Under the pieces are notes generated by a model. It saw only the letters and a list, made by a program, of their open reading frames with translations, did not search any database and was not told where the DNA came from. Below, in pieces: positions 49,317 through 58,873 of a stretch of DNA of 64,000 nucleotides (position 1 is the stretch's first letter; every line of letters starts with the position of its first letter). The stretch is taken from NCBI GenBank assembly GCA_024650005.2, contig CP122380.1:1760001-1824000 (forward strand), read 5' to 3'. Both the position numbers and the translations under genes were made by a program. This DNA is from Candidatus Bathyarchaeum tardum. GTDB taxonomy: Archaea > Thermoproteota > Bathyarchaeia > Bathyarchaeales > Bathyarchaeaceae.

Positions 49317-49988
49317 TTAGAAGTACATGGCATTTATCACATAAAGCACAGCCAGATGCAACGGATAATACACATAGAAGAAATATTTTCGCCATAAGGG
49401 AATTTTGTAGTCTTCTGCGTAGTCTTTTACTATAGATAATGAACCGGTATCATGTAAAACAATCAGGGGAAGGGCACCAAGGGATAAAAATTGGCTACTA
49501 AAAGGAAACAGGAACAAACAGTTTAGCAGAAAAATCAAAACAGCTCCGAGTTTTATGTTTCTTCGCAAAAGTGCCATACAGCCAATCAAGGCTAGTCCGT
49601 AGATGCCATAATCGAAGTGTATGACAAAGGAAACAATAAGGGGAATGAACGCAAAAATCGAGGCTTTTTGGAAAAAATATACAAACATCAGACCTAAAGC
49701 CAAAGTAAAGAATATGTTAAGTGACTCAAATGGGACATAACCGTGAGCTAGAAAGAAAGGAATCTGAGAAACTGCAGCAAACATAAACAATCGAATAATG
49801 TAGCTTTTGATGTTTCGGGTGTTTTCCATTCCAAGCACTAATAAATAAGCAAATAACGGAAAAGCCAGCCGACCAACAAAACGCAAAACTTGTAGTTCAG
49901 GGTACAGTACAGCTCCAACGTGGTCTACGGTCATGGTTATTATTGCGATCCATTTTAGAACTTCTCTGCCATAATCGAAGCCATACAT
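49317..49988 (-). CDS. TraX family membrane protein (putative acyltransferase)
   Basis: LKWIAIITMTVDH, GRLAFPLFA, NIFFTL, DYG, KYFFYVYYPLHL. Confidence 0.88.
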   Translation of the reverse strand: MYGFDYGREVLKWIAIITMTVDHVGAVLYPELQVLRFVGRLAFPLFAYLLVLGMENTRNIKSYIIRLFMFAAVSQIPFFLAHGYVPFESLNIFFTLALGLMFVYFFQKASIFAFIPLIVSFVIHFDYGIYGLALIGCMALLRRNIKLGAVLIFLLNCLFLFPFSSQFLSLGALPLIVLHDTGSLSIVKDYAEDYKIPLWRKYFFYVYYPLHLAVLYVINAMYF

Positions 49989-50012
49989 GCATATTCCTTC
50001 AAGCTATAATGG

Positions 50013-51980
50013 CTACATTTTTTCTGGCGATTCTATTCCAAGCAGTATTAAACAGTTACGCAACACTATACGAACAGCATCAACAAGGGCCAAACGGGCA
50101 GCACCTAACTGTTCTGATTCAGCTTTTATTACAGGAAGTTTGGTGTAGAATTTGTTAAATTTGTCAGCTAAACTGTTAACGTAGTCCGCGATGGCGTTTG
50201 GTTTAAGGCTTTCAGCACAATCCACAAAAACTTCAGGAAAACGAGCTAAAGTTAACATGATATCTTTTTCTAATAGGTCATTTAAAAGTGAATAATCTGC
50301 GTTTTCAATTTGAAGAGATGCTTTCCGAAGAATGCTACATCCGCGTGCATGAGAGTATTGGATGTAAGGTGCGCTGTTCTTTTCAAAATCTAGTACTCGG
50401 TCCCAACTAAAAACTACAGGTTTAGATGGGTCTACAGCTATTAGAGCATATTTTACTGCGCCTTTTCCTACGAACTCGGAAATTTTTCTTTTTTCATCTT
50501 CAGACAACATTGGTGACCGCTTAGAAACTTCGAAATAAGCTCGTTCTGCTGCTCCATCCATAACTTCGTCAAGGGTTATGTAACGTCCCCTGCGGCTACT
50601 CATTCGGTATCCCGGAAGCCTAACTAAACTGTACGCAAAATGGGTGAGTTTAGGTATGTAATCCGGATGACCTAAAGCGCTTAAAGCAAGTTTTAGTTGC
50701 AATTGCGGCAGCGTTTGCTCCATTCCGATAACATTGACTACACGTTCAGCTTGGGTAAACTTCCAAAGATGATATGCAATATCTCGAGTAGTATACAAAG
50801 AAGTCCCATCAGCCCGCGCCAAAGTCAACGGAGTGATTTCATGATCGGCACTTATTCCTAGTTTCGGTTTTAGGTCCAAATCGTCAGCTACTTTTTCTGC
50901 GTCAAACTCCAAAACACCATTTTCCCAAAAAACGTAAGATGTTTTTTCCAAGTCAGCGATTACTTGTTTGACGTCGCCTCTCCAGATTAAGTCACTTTCC
51001 CAATCCCAGGAATCTATAGAAATTTCTACACTGGCCAAAGTTTCCTTAAAGCCAGAAAGACACAACTCACATACTTCCCGAAGTAACTGTTTTTCAGGTT
51101 CTTTTCCTGCCTCATAGTTTTGAATCAATTTCCCAATTTGCAGTTCAGGATCAGCATCCTTGTTGATTTCATCCAAAAGTTTACCAAAAAGCTCTGGAAA
51201 ACGTTCCTGAATTTCAGCAGAAATAGAAATCCATTCGTCCAGTTGCCGATTCAGTTTTGGAAGGTCTTTGGGGCAACTAGTTTTTGCAGTTTCTACGGCT
51301 TTTTTGTAACGGTTAACTTCCATTATACAACTAGTTACTGTGTAGATACCACCAATGAAACGGTCAGGCTTTTGGTCAGGTTTGGGTTTTCCAAGCTTGG
51401 TGTACCCGTAAGCGATAACTGCGCTTTGGCGTCCAACATCATCCACATAATAATGGCAAGAAACGTCGTGTCCTCGTTTTTTCAAAATTCTGGAAATTGC
51501 ATCCCCCAGCACTGGATTTCTTGCTTGCCCAATATGAATAGGGTGAACAGGGTTAACGCTTGTGTGTTCAAGTAAAATTTTTTTGGGTTCACGGGTTTTT
51601 ATGAAACCATAATCCAAATCCAATTCATTAATGGATTTTAAGGTTAAACATGAAAACGCTTCCGAGTTAACACGGAAATTTACGTATCCTGCCCCAGCTG
51701 CAGAAACAGAGTCAATTAATTCAATTTTTGAAACATTTATTGCATCCACGATTTCTTGGGCTATGTTTCGGGGGCTTTTTTTTGCCTGTTTGGCTAACTC
51801 AAAACAGATTGAAGTTGCCAGTTCGCCGAACTCTAGGTTTGGGGGAACCTGCAAAGTTGATCGGTTAGATGAACCAATAATTTCGTTAAAATTTACGTCA
51901 GGATACAACTGTTGTAGGGTGTCTTTTAGTAATGTTTCACATGCATTGTAGAATTCGGCAAAGGGATTAACTGGAACCAT
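50013..51980 (-). CDS. argS: Arginine--tRNA ligase
   Basis: EHTSVNPVHPIHIGQARN, RADGTSLYTTRDIAYH, MSSRRG, PYIQYSHAR. ATG 51980 is used because the ORF track start 52010 lies inside the tRNA. Confidence 0.97.
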   Translation of the reverse strand: MVPVNPFAEFYNACETLLKDTLQQLYPDVNFNEIIGSSNRSTLQVPPNLEFGELATSICFELAKQAKKSPRNIAQEIVDAINVSKIELIDSVSAAGAGYVNFRVNSEAFSCLTLKSINELDLDYGFIKTREPKKILLEHTSVNPVHPIHIGQARNPVLGDAISRILKKRGHDVSCHYYVDDVGRQSAVIAYGYTKLGKPKPDQKPDRFIGGIYTVTSCIMEVNRYKKAVETAKTSCPKDLPKLNRQLDEWISISAEIQERFPELFGKLLDEINKDADPELQIGKLIQNYEAGKEPEKQLLREVCELCLSGFKETLASVEISIDSWDWESDLIWRGDVKQVIADLEKTSYVFWENGVLEFDAEKVADDLDLKPKLGISADHEITPLTLARADGTSLYTTRDIAYHLWKFTQAERVVNVIGMEQTLPQLQLKLALSALGHPDYIPKLTHFAYSLVRLPGYRMSSRRGRYITLDEVMDGAAERAYFEVSKRSPMLSEDEKRKISEFVGKGAVKYALIAVDPSKPVVFSWDRVLDFEKNSAPYIQYSHARGCSILRKASLQIENADYSLLNDLLEKDIMLTLARFPEVFVDCAESLKPNAIADYVNSLADKFNKFYTKLPVIKAESEQLGAARLALVDAVRIVLRNCLILLGIESPEKM

Positions 51981-51998
51981 AACTTTTTCTTCCTTAAG

Positions 51999-52077
51999 TG
52001 GCGGGTCCACGGGGATTCGAACCCCGGAACTCCGGCTTCGCAGGCCAGTGTCCTAATCCAGACTAGACCATGGACCC
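51999..52077 (-). tRNA. tRNA-Arg (anticodon GCG), intronless, CCA encoded
   Basis: GGGTCCA/TGGACCC acceptor stem, anticodon arm CTGGC-CTGCGAA-GCCGG, T arm CGGGG-TTCGAAT-CCCCG, 3' GCCA; CTTAAAA box upstream. Confidence 0.97.
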
Positions 52078-52210
52078 AGGGGGATGAATTAACAACAAAA
52101 TACAACGTTTTAAGGTTACGAAATATTTTGCAGTTATCCATTGTGGTTATGTATGTAAAAGTTGCTTCTATAAGTTCTTTCTCTTTGGAGAGCCCGCAAA
52201 ATATCAAAAA

Positions 52211-54475
52211 TTATTGACTGCCAGTTGAATCTAAACCTGTTTTGGGGATAGTTATTGTGAACTGAGCACTGTCATTGAATATTCCAGTTTCTTGAATTGA
52301 CCAACCGTATACTTCACAAAGTTTTGCAATTAAAAAAAGTCCGTAACCGCTGCCTTTGCCGTAACCTTCTTTGAATATTTTTTGTTTTTCAGTTTCAGGT
52401 ATGCCGATTCCGTTATCTTCGTAAATTAGTTTAATTCTGTCATTTTCATCTTTCCAATATAGTTTTATTTGGCTAACTTTTTCTCCATGTTTCAAAGAGT
52501 TATCAATCAAGTTATAGAATAACTGTCGCAACAAAGAATCACCCAATACCATCAATCCATCACAATCATTAACGAAGGATATTGTATCAGAACAAGAATG
52601 TAATGCAATTGCTTCATCAAATGTTTCTTTCAAGTTGATGCAGGATAGTTTTTCTTTACCCAATTTTTCGTATATTCTTGAAAACTTGAAAATTTTTTCT
52701 ATTAACTCAACTGCTGATTCTACTGCATCTAAATGTTCCAATACTTTGTCCGGTTGGGAAAGTTGGTTTTTTGCAAGAAAAACATGATTCAGTATTACAG
52801 AAAGTTTGTTTCGAGCATCATGCCGCGTCAGCTTCCCAACTACATCAAGTTTCTCGTTTAAATTCCGCAAGTTATCCAAAGACTCTTTCAATTTATTTTC
52901 TGCTTCTTTGCGCACAGTAATGTCCAGAATTATCCCCCTAAAACCCAATACTTCATGGTTATGAAAAATTGGAACAGAATGCACCATAATTGGAAAAATA
53001 TTTCCGTCTTTTGTTAGTGCATTATACTCAGTAGGTCCAGTAGGTTCACCCCTCAAAAGCCGTTTAATATTTTTGGTGGCAAGATGACGATGCTCAGGAG
53101 CGATAACTTCACTCACTTTGATGCCTTTTTTAAAATCTTGGAGAGTGTAACCAAATCGAACTAAAGCTTCCTTATTTGCAAAAACAAGGGTTCCTTCTGG
53201 GTTGGCTTCATAAATAATTTCAGGAAGCAATTCGCTTAATTCCCTAAACCGTTTTTCACTTTGTTTAAGGGCATTTTCTGCATTTTTTCGTTCAGTTATG
53301 TCTCTAAGAATGCTTACAGCATGCCATTGGTTGTCCAACTTGAACGCTGAAACAGAAAGTTCGGCTGGGAACTCAGATCCATCTTTTTTAAGAGCAGGCA
53401 TTTCAAGAGTTAATCCAACAGGAAACCCTTTTCCTGAAACTTTGAAGTTACTAAACTGCTTCATGCAAGCTTCCTGAAAACGCTTAGGTCCCAAAAGATC
53501 ATGAACACCCTTTCCAATAACCTCTCCTTTTGAATATCCAAATATTTTTTCAGCAGCTTCATTCCAGTACGAAATATTTCCCTTAGGATCCATCAAAATT
53601 ATTGCATCATTTGCCGAACGCATAATCGCCCGAATTTTTTCTTCCGACAATTTCAACGCAGTTTCAGTTTGCTTACGTTCAGTCACGTCTCTGGCCAGCG
53701 CCACTCCCCCAACAATATTTCCATGTGCATCCTTTAATAGATTTGCAGAAAATTCAACGAAAAGTTCAGAGCCTGATTTAGTCATTAGTTTAGATTCGAT
53801 TTTATTTATAAACCCGTTTTTTAGCAAATTTTCTCTTATGTTTTCAAATATGTTATGTTGGCCTTCCGCAACCAGGGTTTGAAAGTGGTTACCAATTATG
53901 TCATCTTTGGAAGAAACGTCAAAGAGCTTCAATGCCTCACGGTTACAATCTGTAATGTATCCATTACGGTCACTGACTATCATCATGTCAGGAGAAGAAG
54001 CAATAATTGCCCGCAATCGCTCTTCTCGGTCCCATACTTTTTTTTCTGCTTTTCTTTGTGATACTACTTGACGAATTCCGTGGGCAAGTTCACAGTAAAC
54101 CGTTTCAGGGTCACCAAATTTGTTAAAGTATCTTTCAGCCCCTAAATTCAACGCTTCAACGGCGACTTCTTCTCTACCTTTTCCAGTAAACAAAATAAAT
54201 GGAATATTATTTCCAGCATCTCTCAGAATTTTTAAAAAATCCAAACCACTTTTTTCAGGCATTTGATAATCAGAAACAACAACATCAAATCGTTTTTTGG
54301 AAATTTTTTGCAGGGCTTCTTTAACTGAACATGCTGTTTCTACATTAATAGAACCTTGTTTTTCTAATATTTGTTTAACAGTTTGTGACAGTCCAACTTC
54401 GTCATCAACACATAAAACCTGAATGTCACTAAATGTTTCTCCATTTTGTATATCTTCAGAAAAATGATTTGTCAT
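52211..54475 (-). CDS. Hybrid sensor histidine kinase (REC-PAS-PAS-PAS-HisKA-HATPase)
   Basis: CVDDE..SDYQMP..FTGKG receiver; three PAS/PAC repeats ending DVTERK/DITERK/DITVRK; RHDARNKL H-box; NLIDNSLKHG, DNGIGI, GYGL. Confidence 0.93.
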   Translation of the reverse strand: MTNHFSEDIQNGETFSDIQVLCVDDEVGLSQTVKQILEKQGSINVETACSVKEALQKISKKRFDVVVSDYQMPEKSGLDFLKILRDAGNNIPFILFTGKGREEVAVEALNLGAERYFNKFGDPETVYCELAHGIRQVVSQRKAEKKVWDREERLRAIIASSPDMMIVSDRNGYITDCNREALKLFDVSSKDDIIGNHFQTLVAEGQHNIFENIRENLLKNGFINKIESKLMTKSGSELFVEFSANLLKDAHGNIVGGVALARDVTERKQTETALKLSEEKIRAIMRSANDAIILMDPKGNISYWNEAAEKIFGYSKGEVIGKGVHDLLGPKRFQEACMKQFSNFKVSGKGFPVGLTLEMPALKKDGSEFPAELSVSAFKLDNQWHAVSILRDITERKNAENALKQSEKRFRELSELLPEIIYEANPEGTLVFANKEALVRFGYTLQDFKKGIKVSEVIAPEHRHLATKNIKRLLRGEPTGPTEYNALTKDGNIFPIMVHSVPIFHNHEVLGFRGIILDITVRKEAENKLKESLDNLRNLNEKLDVVGKLTRHDARNKLSVILNHVFLAKNQLSQPDKVLEHLDAVESAVELIEKIFKFSRIYEKLGKEKLSCINLKETFDEAIALHSCSDTISFVNDCDGLMVLGDSLLRQLFYNLIDNSLKHGEKVSQIKLYWKDENDRIKLIYEDNGIGIPETEKQKIFKEGYGKGSGYGLFLIAKLCEVYGWSIQETGIFNDSAQFTITIPKTGLDSTGSQ

Positions 54476-54706
54476 TCAAACCCCTCCAGTTTTGAGCGTT
54501 CCCACGGTTAGATGATAGCTAGAGAGGAACTATAACAATTATGAATCTAAATTACTTACTTAAATGGTTGTTTAATAATTCATCATAAAGTAAAATGCAA
54601 GATTGAAAAATTAAATCAATTAAAGTAAATATTTCATCAAAAAATTTAGTTTTAAACAGAGTGGTTAGAAAAGAAAAAAGGGGTAATGAGCGAGTTTGCT
54701 TTGATT

Positions 54707-55387
54707 CTATGCTGATGTTTCGGTTGCCTGTGAATTTTTCGTTCCTTCCATGTACGTTAGGGCTGCTGAGCGTGCAATGAAAACTCCAAAGATTGGGGCG
54801 ATTGCAGCAGACAGTAACCAACCAATTGTTGGGATATTTCCGATTGCTCCGACGATTACTGCACAAATGAAGATAGCAACAATCCAAAGTATGTAGTTTC
54901 CCCATCCAATTTTTCTGATGATTTCCATTACATCTCCTATTGCGAATACTTTACCGAATTCGTCATGTTTTACCATATTTACTATTGCCATTGCTAGAAT
55001 TATTGTAAGGAAAAAGGCTATCAAAACACCAATTAGAAGAAGGGAAATTGCAAGAAACGTGCTTACTCCAGTTATAATAGGGAATCCAAAACCAGACAAA
55101 ATAAACAAAGAGGCTGCCGGAACAACTAAAACTATTGGAATTATCATCACAATTACTACTGCTATTACGACTTTTAGTCCTTGAACCCATAAGTCAACAT
55201 AGTTTGTTAATGCAGGGAGTTCGTTGGAGTCTTTGGGTTGTTTGATTACTTTTACCAGGTACCCTGTGACTACAAGGTTCACTATGGGTATGATATCCAA
55301 AATAATCAGTATCAGCAAACGACCAAAGTCATTAAAAAGCAACTTAGTATAGTTAAAGGAGTCTGTTAAATTTACATCAAGCTTCAA
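54707..55387 (-). CDS. DUF4013 family membrane protein
   Basis: IIPIVNLVVTGYLVKVI..LP..LWVQGLKV pattern. Confidence 0.8.
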   Translation of the reverse strand: MKLDVNLTDSFNYTKLLFNDFGRLLILIILDIIPIVNLVVTGYLVKVIKQPKDSNELPALTNYVDLWVQGLKVVIAVVIVMIIPIVLVVPAASLFILSGFGFPIITGVSTFLAISLLLIGVLIAFFLTIILAMAIVNMVKHDEFGKVFAIGDVMEIIRKIGWGNYILWIVAIFICAVIVGAIGNIPTIGWLLSAAIAPIFGVFIARSAALTYMEGTKNSQATETSA

Positions 55388-55479
55388 TGTAGTTTCCTCA
55401 AAAACTAGATTGCTAAGAGGGGTAGATTAAATCTTTGGTCAATGATAAATTACAGGCAAGAAACTAAACAAAAATAGGG

Positions 55480-55778
55480 CTGTTGAATTAGCAGTTTTTG
55501 CAAAATCTTCAACATTTCCATATTCGTTTCTGCCATAACGCCTATTGCTTTTTCGCATTTTCCAGTTAGGTTATAGACCGATTTTTGAGCTACAAGTCAC
55601 AGATAATTAAACCATTTCACTCCAGAAGAATAAGAAGGGAATATACAACACCAGAACTAATCATTACACTAAATGTTTCGTAAATATAGCAGATAACGTC
55701 GTATCCATCAATGCTTTGGTTTTTGATATCAGCAGATATCAGAACATCCATTATAGACGTTATTGTTTGTTTTCGCAT
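55480..55778 (-). pseudogene. Decayed PadR family regulator
   Basis: MRKQTITSIMDVLI..DGYDVI..ISSGVVYSLLILLE*NGLI with an in-frame TGA at 55617-55619, a further TAG and a frameshift into KSVYNLTGKCEKAI. The 3' end is approximate. Confidence 0.75.
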
Positions 55779-55888
55779 TTTTTTATGATTGAACTCTTAA
55801 AAACCAAAGGAACCCCACAACTGTTCCTTTAACTACCATGCCAGTTTAACGAGTTTTTGGGGAATTATATTATATATGGATATCATAT

Positions 55889-56377
55889 TTGGTTTTGGCG
55901 AGTTTGATGTCTGACCTCTCTTCCTCTGAATTGGCCGAAATCGAGTCAAAATTGAAGGGAAAAACCCTTCAAATATACTGGTACTTGCTAAAAGATCCCG
56001 AAAATAGCGTAGGCGTGAGAGAAGTACAAAGAGAGTTAGGATTATCAAGTCCAAGCGTAGCTGCACATCACTTGGACAAGTTGTTGTCCCTTGGTTTAGT
56101 GGAAAAAACAGTAAGAGGAGAATACCGTCTAAATCAAGAAATCAAAATTGGACTGTTAAAGTTCTTTAGCAGAATGGGAAGATTTCTAGTACCCCGTCAT
56201 CTGTTTTATGCCATTTGGTTGTCAACCATGTTTGCAATCTACCTTGTCGTTTACAACTTAGTTTTGTATCAGCCCACGGGTTCACCCCACAACATTGCAG
56301 CAATAATCTTTGGAGTCGTAGCCAACGCCGTATTGTGGCTGGAAACCATCAGACTGTGGAGAGAAAAGCCATTCTAG
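55889..56377 (+). CDS. Membrane-anchored winged-HTH transcriptional regulator
   Basis: GKTLQIYWYLL..VGVREVQRELGLSSPSVAAHHLDKL HTH followed by two C-terminal TMs. Start may be ATG 55907. Confidence 0.85.
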   Translation: MVLASLMSDLSSSELAEIESKLKGKTLQIYWYLLKDPENSVGVREVQRELGLSSPSVAAHHLDKLLSLGLVEKTVRGEYRLNQEIKIGLLKFFSRMGRFLVPRHLFYAIWLSTMFAIYLVVYNLVLYQPTGSPHNIAAIIFGVVANAVLWLETIRLWREKPF

Positions 56378-56379
56378 GG

Positions 56380-56402
56380 TGTTCTAAAGTGTGGACTTAA
56401 AT
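56380..56402 (+). promoter_or_regulatory. Conserved operator/promoter element, copy 1
   Basis: TGTTCTAAAGTGTGGAC-TTAAAT; 17/23 identical to the copy at 56835. Confidence 0.55.
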
Positions 56403-56437
56403 GCATCTCATTTACTTGGTAAGGTTGGAAGATAAAA

Positions 56438-56806
56438 TTGAACAAAATTATCCTGTATGTTGGGCTTGCCATCTTACTTGGCACGGTTACTATGGTTGCT
56501 CCCCTAGCCCTGCTTCAAGATGATAGTATGTTTTCAGATGGTTCATACACCCTGAAGTCTTTAGACACTGCAAACGAAACAAGAGGCAATTTCCAAACAT
56601 CGAGTCAAGAGTTGCCATCAGATATGCTAGGGGCACCTGAACCAAATAAAGTTGAAACTACAGGTTTATCAACACCTGAAGAACCTGAAATATGGGGACT
56701 ATTTGGTAGTGATTCAGGTACAGATTTGTCTCCTATTGTGCTAATCACTGTGCCTAGTTTTCTTGTTGCCCTTGGAGTTTTTGTTTTCCTTCGAAAGCAA
56801 GGTTAG
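56438..56806 (+). CDS. Small membrane protein (TM, acidic loop, TM)
   Basis: Hydrophobic N- and C-terminal helices around an S/E/P/D-rich loop; basic C-terminus. Confidence 0.75.
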   Translation: MNKIILYVGLAILLGTVTMVAPLALLQDDSMFSDGSYTLKSLDTANETRGNFQTSSQELPSDMLGAPEPNKVETTGLSTPEEPEIWGLFGSDSGTDLSPIVLITVPSFLVALGVFVFLRKQG

Positions 56807-56813
56807 TTAGGGC

Positions 56814-56857
56814 TGTTCTATTTTTTGTACACCATGTTCTAATGCGTAGCATTAAGT
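56814..56857 (+). promoter_or_regulatory. Conserved operator/promoter element, copies 2 and 3
   Basis: TGTTCTATTTTTTGTACA (56814) and TGTTCTAATGCGTAGCA-TTAAGT (56835), spaced 21 bp apart. Confidence 0.55.
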
Positions 56858-56905
56858 CTGCAGTGTTGCATTCAGATAAATATAGAATAGACAAAAGGTG
56901 AAAAC

Positions 56906-58873
56906 ATGAACGATAAAAAAGTGTTCACAGCGTTATTCATAGCGATAATTCTGGTTGTCGCTTCAATACCAGTATATGTTTACTTGAATAATCCCGAAAC
57001 TTCAAACCCAATTAAGTTAAACACGTTTTCTTCTTACGAGGAACTGAAAACTTTTCTTGAAAACACATCAAATTATGGTGAATATTGGCTCAGAAGTGGC
57101 AGCAAAACTTTGGGTCTTGAAAGTTTTTCGTCAGATGCAACAGCTCCAGAACCAGCTGTTCCCGTGGAACCAACGGCTGCTGACTATTCTGAAACCAACG
57201 TTCAAGTTGAAGGCGTAGATGAAGCAGACATCGTAAAAACTGACGGCGAATACATCTACGTTGTTTCTGACACAAACTTAACAATTGTGAAAGCGTTTCC
57301 AGCTGAAGAAGCTCGAGTTGTTTCAAAAATTGTTTTGGAAGGCATGATTTCTGGAATCTTTATCAACGGAGACAAAGTTGCAGTCTTTGAGACCAACTAC
57401 GGTGTTTATCCCCTTTACGAAATAGATTTGGGTTACAAAGCACCTGTCGAAATTGCTCCTTCAGAGGAACCTGACCAGCCAGATGGCAACGACCTTGAAC
57501 CAGTGCCTTTAATTCCGATAGTTTACGAACCCCCAACGACAACTGTCAAAGTTTATGATGTTTCAAACAAAGAAAATCCAGTTTTAACGCGGGACTTTTC
57601 TGTTGATGGAAACTACTTTAGCTCAAGAATGATTGGCGACTACGTCTACATGGTTGCAACCCAATACACGTATCTTTATGAAACGGACGTTTTCTTGCCC
57701 CGTGTTCATTCAAACAACCAAACAGAAACAATCGATGCAACAGAGATTTACTATTACAATAACTCGGACACTTCATATACATTCACCACCGTTGCTGCAG
57801 TAAACATCCAAAACGATGCCCAAGAACCAACTCACCAAACAGTTTTGCTTGGAGGAACCAGCGGAATTTACGTTTCAACAACTAACATTTACATGACCTT
57901 CCCAGATTACAACTGGAACGAAGACGAAGAAATGAAAACAAAAATCTACCGCGCAAAAATCAACCAAGAATCCATAACCTTTGAAGCAGAAGGAGAAGTC
58001 CCAGGATACGTTTTGAACCAGTTCAGCATGGATGAATACAACGGATACTTCCGAGTTGCAACAACTGTCAACAACAATAACTGGCGAACCTTCACTACTG
58101 GGTTAACATCCACAAATAATGTATATGTTCTTGATTTGAACCTTAACCTTGTTGGCAGCTTAGAAGATTTAGCCCCAGGAGAACAAATTTACTCGGCAAG
58201 ATTCATGGGCAACAAAGCTTACATTGTAACCTTCCAAAACGTAGACCCTTTGTTTGTTATTGACTTAACAAACCCAGCTGCACCTACAGTTCTTGGTGAA
58301 CTTAAAGTAACAGGGTACTCGGGTTATCTTCATCCTTATGACGAAACCCATATCATCGGAATCGGCAAAGAAACAGAATATGACTCAGAAAAGGACTTTG
58401 CATGGTACCAAGGAGTAAAAATCTCCCTGTTTGATGTCAGTGACGTTTCAAACCCCATTGAAGTAGCAAAATACGAAATCGGCGACCGTGGAACAGATTC
58501 TCCAATCTTGAATGACCACAAAGCGCTACTGTTTGACAAAGAAAAGAACCTGTTAGTAATACCCGTACTTGTTGCAGAACTTGACGAAAATGACTATGAC
58601 GGCGAAGTTCCCGACTGGGCACGTGGTGAATATGTCTGGCAAGGAGCGTACGTCCTTAACATTTCAACTGCAGGCGTTAACTTGCGTGGACAAATCACAC
58701 ACATGGATAATAATACAGATTTGCTGAAAAGCGGCTATTATTACTACTACAACGGCTACACAATACAACGAAGTCTCTACATCGAAGATGTGCTCTACAC
58801 AGTATCGGGCATGAAAATAAAAATGAACAGTTTGGATACTTTGACAGAAATCAACAGTGTCGAAATCGCTTAA
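56906..58873 (+). CDS. Secreted/membrane-anchored beta-propeller domain protein (Beta_propel family)
   Basis: YSETNVQVEGVDEADIVKTDG, NQFSMDEY, GEQIYSARF, DPLFVIDL, GELKVTGYSGYLHP, GVKISLFDV. Confidence 0.9.
   Translation: MNDKKVFTALFIAIILVVASIPVYVYLNNPETSNPIKLNTFSSYEELKTFLENTSNYGEYWLRSGSKTLGLESFSSDATAPEPAVPVEPTAADYSETNVQVEGVDEADIVKTDGEYIYVVSDTNLTIVKAFPAEEARVVSKIVLEGMISGIFINGDKVAVFETNYGVYPLYEIDLGYKAPVEIAPSEEPDQPDGNDLEPVPLIPIVYEPPTTTVKVYDVSNKENPVLTRDFSVDGNYFSSRMIGDYVYMVATQYTYLYETDVFLPRVHSNNQTETIDATEIYYYNNSDTSYTFTTVAAVNIQNDAQEPTHQTVLLGGTSGIYVSTTNIYMTFPDYNWNEDEEMKTKIYRAKINQESITFEAEGEVPGYVLNQFSMDEYNGYFRVATTVNNNNWRTFTTGLTSTNNVYVLDLNLNLVGSLEDLAPGEQIYSARFMGNKAYIVTFQNVDPLFVIDLTNPAAPTVLGELKVTGYSGYLHPYDETHIIGIGKETEYDSEKDFAWYQGVKISLFDVSDVSNPIEVAKYEIGDRGTDSPILNDHKALLFDKEKNLLVIPVLVAELDENDYDGEVPDWARGEYVWQGAYVLNISTAGVNLRGQITHMDNNTDLLKSGYYYYYNGYTIQRSLYIEDVLYTVSGMKIKMNSLDTLTEINSVEIA

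Noticed and set aside
51999-52077. tRNA as integration site of a mobile element
   Set aside because: I saw no integrase and no duplicated tRNA 3' end in the window, and the flanking gene is housekeeping argS.
51981-52207. argS N-terminal extension to 52010 and the 93-aa ORF 51926..52207
   Set aside because: Both read through the tRNA-Arg gene and are artefacts.
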